A DNA stretch of 63,823 nucleotides, counting the filler. It is 7 parts of 7 records of this genome, joined end to end, with 100 filler letters (N's around TTAATTAATTAA, not from the genome) between each part and the next. Parts side by side here need not be neighbours in the genome. Positions count along the whole stretch, not along the records: positions 58,795 to 63,823 come from DRR723986_13265; 6 more parts are not named here. One strand, 5' to 3'. Positions 58,695 through 63,823 of this stretch are shown here, piece after piece (the first letter of the stretch is position 1; every line of letters starts with the position of its first letter). Below the pieces are notes generated by a model, which worked only from the letters and a program-made list of their open reading frames with translations, made no database searches and was not told the DNA's origin. The position numbers and the translations under genes were made by a program.

Positions 58695-58794
58695 NNNNNN
58701 NNNNNNNNNNNNNNNNNNNNNNNNNNNNNNNNNNNNNNTTAATTAATTAANNNNNNNNNNNNNNNNNNNNNNNNNNNNNNNNNNNNNNNNNNNN
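58695..58794. other. Artificial contig spacer
   Basis: Same linker. Confidence 0.99.
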
Positions 58795-59202
58795 AACGCC
58801 GAACTTTGGGGCCGCCCAACCGATCTGCCTTGGGGTGTCGCCTTCCCAACCGAGGCTGCACAATTTTGTCCGCAGGTGCTAGGTATCTGCGCCCGCCATC
58901 CCTCACAGCTTTACGAGGCGCTGCTCGAAGGGTTGATCCTTGGTGGTCTGATCCTCTGGCTGGCATGGCGGCGCGGGGCGCTGAAACGCAGCGGCGTGAT
59001 CTGCGGGACATTCCTTGCCGGATATGGCGCGGCACGGTTTGCCGTCGAATTTGTCCGCCAGCCTGACGCGCAGTTTGTCTCGGATGGCAATCCGCTGGGC
59101 CTTGCATGGCAATTGGGCGAATTTGGCCTGACCATGGGCCAGATCCTGAGCCTGCCGATGATTGCCGTTGGCCTGTTCCTGATCCTTCGCGCCCGCCCAT
59201 GA
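58795..59202 (+). CDS. lgt: Prolipoprotein diacylglyceryl transferase (5' truncated)
   Basis: [43 protein letters not shown]. Confidence 0.95.
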   Translation, partial: NAELWGRPTDLPWGVAFPTEAAQFCPQVLGICARHPSQLYEALLEGLILGGLILWLAWRRGALKRSGVICGTFLAGYGAARFAVEFVRQPDAQFVSDGNPLGLAWQLGEFGLTMGQILSLPMIAVGLFLILRARP

Positions 59203-60260
59203 CCCTCAAGGACCACATCATTACCCGGATCACTGCCGAAGGCCCGATGCGACTGGACGATTATATGTCCACCTGCCTCCTGCATCCAACGCTTGGCTAT
59301 TACACGAGCCAGACACCGTTTGGACAGCAGGGCGATTTTGTCACCTCGCCAGACATCAGCCAGATGTTCGGCGAATTGATTGGCCTTGCACTGGCGCAGG
59401 CGTGGTTGGATCAAGGGGCGCCAAAGCCATTCACTCTGGCCGAGCTTGGACCGGGGCGCGGCACATTGATGGCCGACCTGCTGCGGGCGGGAAATCAGGT
59501 GCCGGGTTTTCTGGATGCCGCAGAGATCATCTTGATCGAGGCCTCTCCCGCCCTGCGGGATGTGCAGCGCGAAACCCTGAGCCAACATTCTGTGCGCTGG
59601 CTGGGCACGGCGTTTGATCTGCCGGATCAGCCCCTGTTCCTGATCGCCAACGAATTCTTCGACGCGCTGCCGATCCGGCAGTTCCAGAGGGCCGGACCAA
59701 ACTGGCGCGAGCGTAGCATCGGTGTGGACGGTGCGGCGCTGACCATGGGCCTGAGCCCGGCTCAATCGCGTCCAGAACTGAACTTCCGACTGGAGGATAC
59801 CAAAGACGGTGATCTGATCGAGACCTGCACCTTGGCCAGCACAACCACCGCGCAGATCGCCAAACGTATCGACGCAAATGGCGGTGCCGCCCTGATCGTC
59901 GACTATGGCGATTGGCGCAGCTTGGGTGATACTCTGCAAGCTGTGCAAGGCCACAAAACCACCGATCCACTGGCCGAACCGGGGCGGGCTGACCTGACCG
60001 CCCATGTCGATTTCGAAGCGCTGGCCATGGCCGCCACCGATTGCGCCTATAGCCGCATCACCGCCCAAGGGGTGTTTCTCGAACGCCTCGGCATCACCCA
60101 AAGGGCGCAGCAACTGGCCAGTGCGCTCAGCGGATCGGCACTCGAAAACCATATTGCCGCACATCGCCGGTTGACGCATCCTGCAGAAATGGGAAACCTG
60201 TTCAAAGTGATGGCGCTCTTCCCCAAGGGCGGCACGCCGCCTCCGGGATTGGATCCATGA
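59199..60260 (+). CDS. SAM-dependent methyltransferase, MidA/NDUFAF7 family
   Basis: [52 protein letters not shown]. Confidence 0.93.
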   Translation: MTLKDHIITRITAEGPMRLDDYMSTCLLHPTLGYYTSQTPFGQQGDFVTSPDISQMFGELIGLALAQAWLDQGAPKPFTLAELGPGRGTLMADLLRAGNQVPGFLDAAEIILIEASPALRDVQRETLSQHSVRWLGTAFDLPDQPLFLIANEFFDALPIRQFQRAGPNWRERSIGVDGAALTMGLSPAQSRPELNFRLEDTKDGDLIETCTLASTTTAQIAKRIDANGGAALIVDYGDWRSLGDTLQAVQGHKTTDPLAEPGRADLTAHVDFEALAMAATDCAYSRITAQGVFLERLGITQRAQQLASALSGSALENHIAAHRRLTHPAEMGNLFKVMALFPKGGTPPPGLDP

Positions 60261-61012
60261 CACTCGAGATTCTGACAACTGACAGCCTTGCCCCCCTGCG
60301 CCACGGGTTCTTTACCCGCAAGGGCGGCGCATCGTCGGGCGTGTTTGCCGGGCTGAACTGCGGCTATGGCAGCTCTGATCAATCCGAGATCGTGAAGATC
60401 AACCGCACCCGCGTTGCAGAGGCGATGGGCGTGGCACCGGACAGCCTGCTGGGGGTGCATCAGGTGCATTCTGCCGATGTTGTCACCGCCACCGGCGCAA
60501 CCGAGGACAAGCCGCGGGCCGATGCCTTGGTCACCAATACACCCGGACTTGCGCTGTCGATCCTGACCGCTGATTGCCAGCCGGTTCTGTTTGCAGACCC
60601 GGATGCAGGTGTTATTGGCGCGGCGCACGCGGGCTGGCGCGGGGCGCTGGACGGCGTTTTGCAGGCGACCGTGGACGCCATGGTGAACCTGGGTGCCACA
60701 GCCGGCAACATCACAGCCGTCATCGGCCCCTCCATCAGCCAGCGTGCCTATGAGGTTGGTCCTGAGTTCTTTGAGGATTTTCTGGCCGAAGATCCCGACT
60801 ATGCCCGCTATTTCGCCCAGGGTGAGGCAGACCGGATGCAGTTTGATCTGCCCGGTTTTGGCCTAAACCGCCTGCGGGCTGCGGGCGTCGGCCATGCCGA
60901 ATGGACACGGCATTGTACGTATAGCGATCCCGACCGGTTTTATTCCTACCGGCGCACCACCCACGCAAAAGAAGCGGACTATGGGCGGCTGATTGCCTGC
61001 ATCACCCTTTGA
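60257..61012 (+). CDS. pgeF: Peptidoglycan editing factor / YfiH family
   Basis: HGFFTR.GG, QVHS, ADAL, TADC.PV, HAGWRG, GPSI, YEVG, FYSYRR. Confidence 0.93.
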   Translation: MTLEILTTDSLAPLRHGFFTRKGGASSGVFAGLNCGYGSSDQSEIVKINRTRVAEAMGVAPDSLLGVHQVHSADVVTATGATEDKPRADALVTNTPGLALSILTADCQPVLFADPDAGVIGAAHAGWRGALDGVLQATVDAMVNLGATAGNITAVIGPSISQRAYEVGPEFFEDFLAEDPDYARYFAQGEADRMQFDLPGFGLNRLRAAGVGHAEWTRHCTYSDPDRFYSYRRTTHAKEADYGRLIACITL

Positions 61013-61298
61013 TCTTGGCAGGATTGGGGCAAAACCTGCCCCAGACCTGCCCAAATGCGCGACCACAATCTGGAAACAATGCGCGATTTTCCATCTGATT
61101 GGTGATCGCATGGCTGCCCAGCCCATAAAAACAAGGGCACCCGGCAATTGGGGCAAGCTGACCATAAAGCGACAGAAACTGCGCCCAAGTTTTCTCAACT
61201 TTTTCTCAAATTGCCAAAAACCGGCCCGATTGACCCGCCATATTCATCCTCAAGCAAGGGCAAACGCCCAGACCAGAATGCACAAGAGGACCAGAGCC

Positions 61299-61442
61299 AT
61301 GAAAACCAACAAACGCTTCATCAAAGGTGTCGTCGAAGCCGCAGCCAAGAACGATACAGTGATGCCCTGGGCCCGTGGCGCACGCCGCGCTGCATTCATC
61401 GCCAAGCGCAACGCGGCAGAGCCGCAGCGCAAGAGCGCGTAA
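61299..61442 (+). CDS. Small basic protein (47 aa) with MPWARG motif
   Basis: AGAGGA RBS, biased codon usage, followed by a terminator. Confidence 0.65.
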   Translation: MKTNKRFIKGVVEAAAKNDTVMPWARGARRAAFIAKRNAAEPQRKSA

Positions 61443-61492
61443 ACAAAGAAACCTCCCTCCCGGTTAACGGGATTTGAACGTTCCCTCGTTCA

Positions 61493-61537
61493 GAACGCCC
61501 CGCATGTGTTGATTCGCATGCGGGGCGTTTTTGTTTT
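61493..61537 (+). terminator. Intrinsic terminator
   Basis: AACGCCCCGCATG...CATGCGGGGCGTT followed by a T-run. Confidence 0.8.
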
Positions 61538-61750
61538 CAAATGTGGCAAATCCATCCGCAATTAAGGAAACAGTAAGGCAAGCACCCTCAGAATTGGGAA
61601 AGAAAAAGGCGTCAATGTCCCCCGGTTTTTGACAGTCATCGGTTTGGGCTGCGATTTTCGCTGCAATGAAGACATGAAATGACACCTGTTATTTCCGTGG
61701 TTGTCGGTGGGGGCCGGCACGGATGTGACAAACCTGAGAAAGGTTATCGC

Positions 61751-62551
61751 ATGACACTGAACGCATACCGCACCACCGGTGCGACATCCGCAGGACTGTC
61801 ACAGCCGGGGTTTGCCCAATATCCACCGGCACAGCGTGGCGGGCGTGGCACATCGTCTGTGCCGATGCGCAATTTTGAAATTGCTGCCCTGCGCAAGGAC
61901 GGATCGCTGTTCATCGGACAAGACCGGGCACCTGCCCTGTCATTGTTCGAATCCGCGTTCTCCGCCTTTGCCCGCGGCACTGTTATCCAAACCGAAAGCG
62001 GCGGCATTGCGGTGGAAGATCTGCAACCGGGCGACATGGTCAACACCTCTTCGGGCGAACCTGCAAAGGTGATCTGGATCGGTTCCAGCAGTTTTGTGCC
62101 TGCCGATGCCGGACGCCGGATGCCCTTGCTGCGGATCATGGCAGATAGTTTTGGCCCGGCGCGTCCCGCATCATTCCTGACCGTTGGACCTGGCGCGCGT
62201 ATCCTTAAGACCCCGCATCATCTGCGCGGTGAGGCTGGCGAAACCAAACTCTTGACCCCCGTGCGGGAATTCGTGGATGGTTTGAATGTGATCGAAGTGG
62301 TGCCGCCAACCCCGGTGCGCCTATTCCACATATGCCTGTCGCGCCATGCGGCGATCAATGCAGGCGGGCTGGAGATGGAGACATTTCACCCCGGCGCCCA
62401 AGCGATGCGGGCAACCTCATCATCATTGCGAGACCGGTTCTTGGAAATGTTCCCGCAGATCGACACATTGTCGGATTTTGGACCATTGGCACATCCCCGC
62501 GCCCCTGAAATCGGGGTGGACACGGATACCGTCATGGGGCTTCAGGCCTGA
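61751..62551 (+). CDS. Hint-domain protein (Hint_2 / BIL-like) lacking Cys1
   Basis: AFARGT.IQT..G.IAVEDL.PGD.V.T, V.WIG, FGP.RP, ETFHPG. Confidence 0.8.
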   Translation: MTLNAYRTTGATSAGLSQPGFAQYPPAQRGGRGTSSVPMRNFEIAALRKDGSLFIGQDRAPALSLFESAFSAFARGTVIQTESGGIAVEDLQPGDMVNTSSGEPAKVIWIGSSSFVPADAGRRMPLLRIMADSFGPARPASFLTVGPGARILKTPHHLRGEAGETKLLTPVREFVDGLNVIEVVPPTPVRLFHICLSRHAAINAGGLEMETFHPGAQAMRATSSSLRDRFLEMFPQIDTLSDFGPLAHPRAPEIGVDTDTVMGLQA

Positions 62552-63042
62552 GTTTCGAGGCGCTGTTCCAACACATCAAAGGGAACGCCGGGTTCATCCT
62601 TGGCGCCCCGGATCACCAGACTGGTTTTTACGCTGGCCACATTGGGCGTGGTCAGCAAATCACCGGTCAGAAAGCTTTGAAAGCTTGAGAGGTCAGGCGC
62701 GACGCATTTGAGGATAAAATCCACCTCACCGTTCAGCATGTGACACTCGCGCACCAGCGGCCATTCGCGGCATTTTGCTTCAAAGGCGCTGAGATCGACC
62801 TCAGCCTGACTGGCCAGCCCCACCATTGCAAACACCTGCACCTCAAAGCCCAGCTCGCGGGCGTCGACCTCAGCATGGTAACCTTTGATATATCCCTGTT
62901 CCTCAAGGGTGCGCACCCGGCGCAGACAGGGCGGCGCGGAAATGCCAACCCGTTTGGCCAATTCAACGTTGGTCATTCGACCGTCCGCCTGCAATTCAGC
63001 CAGAATTTTCCGATCAATCGGATCAAGCCGTGTGCCTGCCAT
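62542..63042 (-). CDS. Lrp/AsnC family regulator
   Basis: LDPIDRKIL..LQ.DGR.TNVELA..VGIS.PPCLRRVR.LE; ECHMLNGE.D. Confidence 0.95.
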   Translation of the reverse strand: MAGTRLDPIDRKILAELQADGRMTNVELAKRVGISAPPCLRRVRTLEEQGYIKGYHAEVDARELGFEVQVFAMVGLASQAEVDLSAFEAKCREWPLVRECHMLNGEVDFILKCVAPDLSSFQSFLTGDLLTTPNVASVKTSLVIRGAKDEPGVPFDVLEQRLETQA

Positions 63043-63268
63043 GATTGCCCCTTTCAAGATTGCGATTCTTATAGCAGCGCCTGTGGCGCACGCAATAATG
63101 TTTCGCATCCACGCAAGATTCTTTCTGCGATGTTCAATTGCCCCCAAAGCGCACCAAAGAACGGTCATTGACCTCAGGCGCTAACAGCTTGGGTTTGCGG
63201 CTGATAATCGGATTTACAAAGCAGGTAAAGCCGCCTTGCCCTGGCGTCCGGGTTCATCAGGGGTTTAA

Positions 63269-63823
<555 letters not shown>

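Noticed and set aside
6729..58794. Repeated TTAATTAATTAA words flanked by N runs
   Set aside because: Fixed 100-nt assembly linkers, not a biological repeat or CRISPR array.

Overview
This window is not one locus. It is seven unrelated contigs joined by identical 100-nt artificial spacers (44 N + TTAATTAATTAA + 44 N), and looks like a marine metagenome or co-culture assembly. Taxonomic labels below are inferred from gene order and composition. (1) 1-6728, Rhodobacteraceae-like: VOC, GyrI-like and AraC-GyrI trio, cobalamin adenosyltransferase, SDR, parC, a lipoprotein and the first codons of tuf. (2) 6829-12015, Rhodobacteraceae-like: RND pump, moaB, LysE, family-4 UDG and the start of pyrB. 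(3) 12116-35631, Rhodobacteraceae-like: a large Atu-type (acyclic terpene / branched acyl-CoA) plus beta-oxidation cluster, and two TetR-controlled operons with visible operators. (4) 35732-44042, Hyphomonadaceae-like housekeeping region with an unannotated 28-aa membrane peptide, a perfect CtrA box and the 3' part of the RNase P RNA. (5) 44143-52449, lower GC, FCB-group-like: two paralogous outer-membrane barrels sharing a positionally conserved upstream motif, then a tandemly duplicated unit of a Zn-ribbon gene plus a T9SS-type secreted protein with a variable head and conserved stalk; the second Zn-ribbon copy has decayed. (6) 52550-58694, Marinobacter-like: ubiX, mpl, PPi-type PFK, grxA and an MCP. 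(7) 58795-63823, Rhodobacteraceae-like: lgt, midA-like methyltransferase, pgeF, a small protein, a Hint protein lacking Cys1, Lrp and trxB. I found no CRISPR array, transposase, integrase, prophage or defence system. The best candidates for something undescribed are contig 5 and the Atu-like cluster carrying a TIGR03084-type DinB-fold gene. All family calls are from motif recognition by eye, not from database searches.
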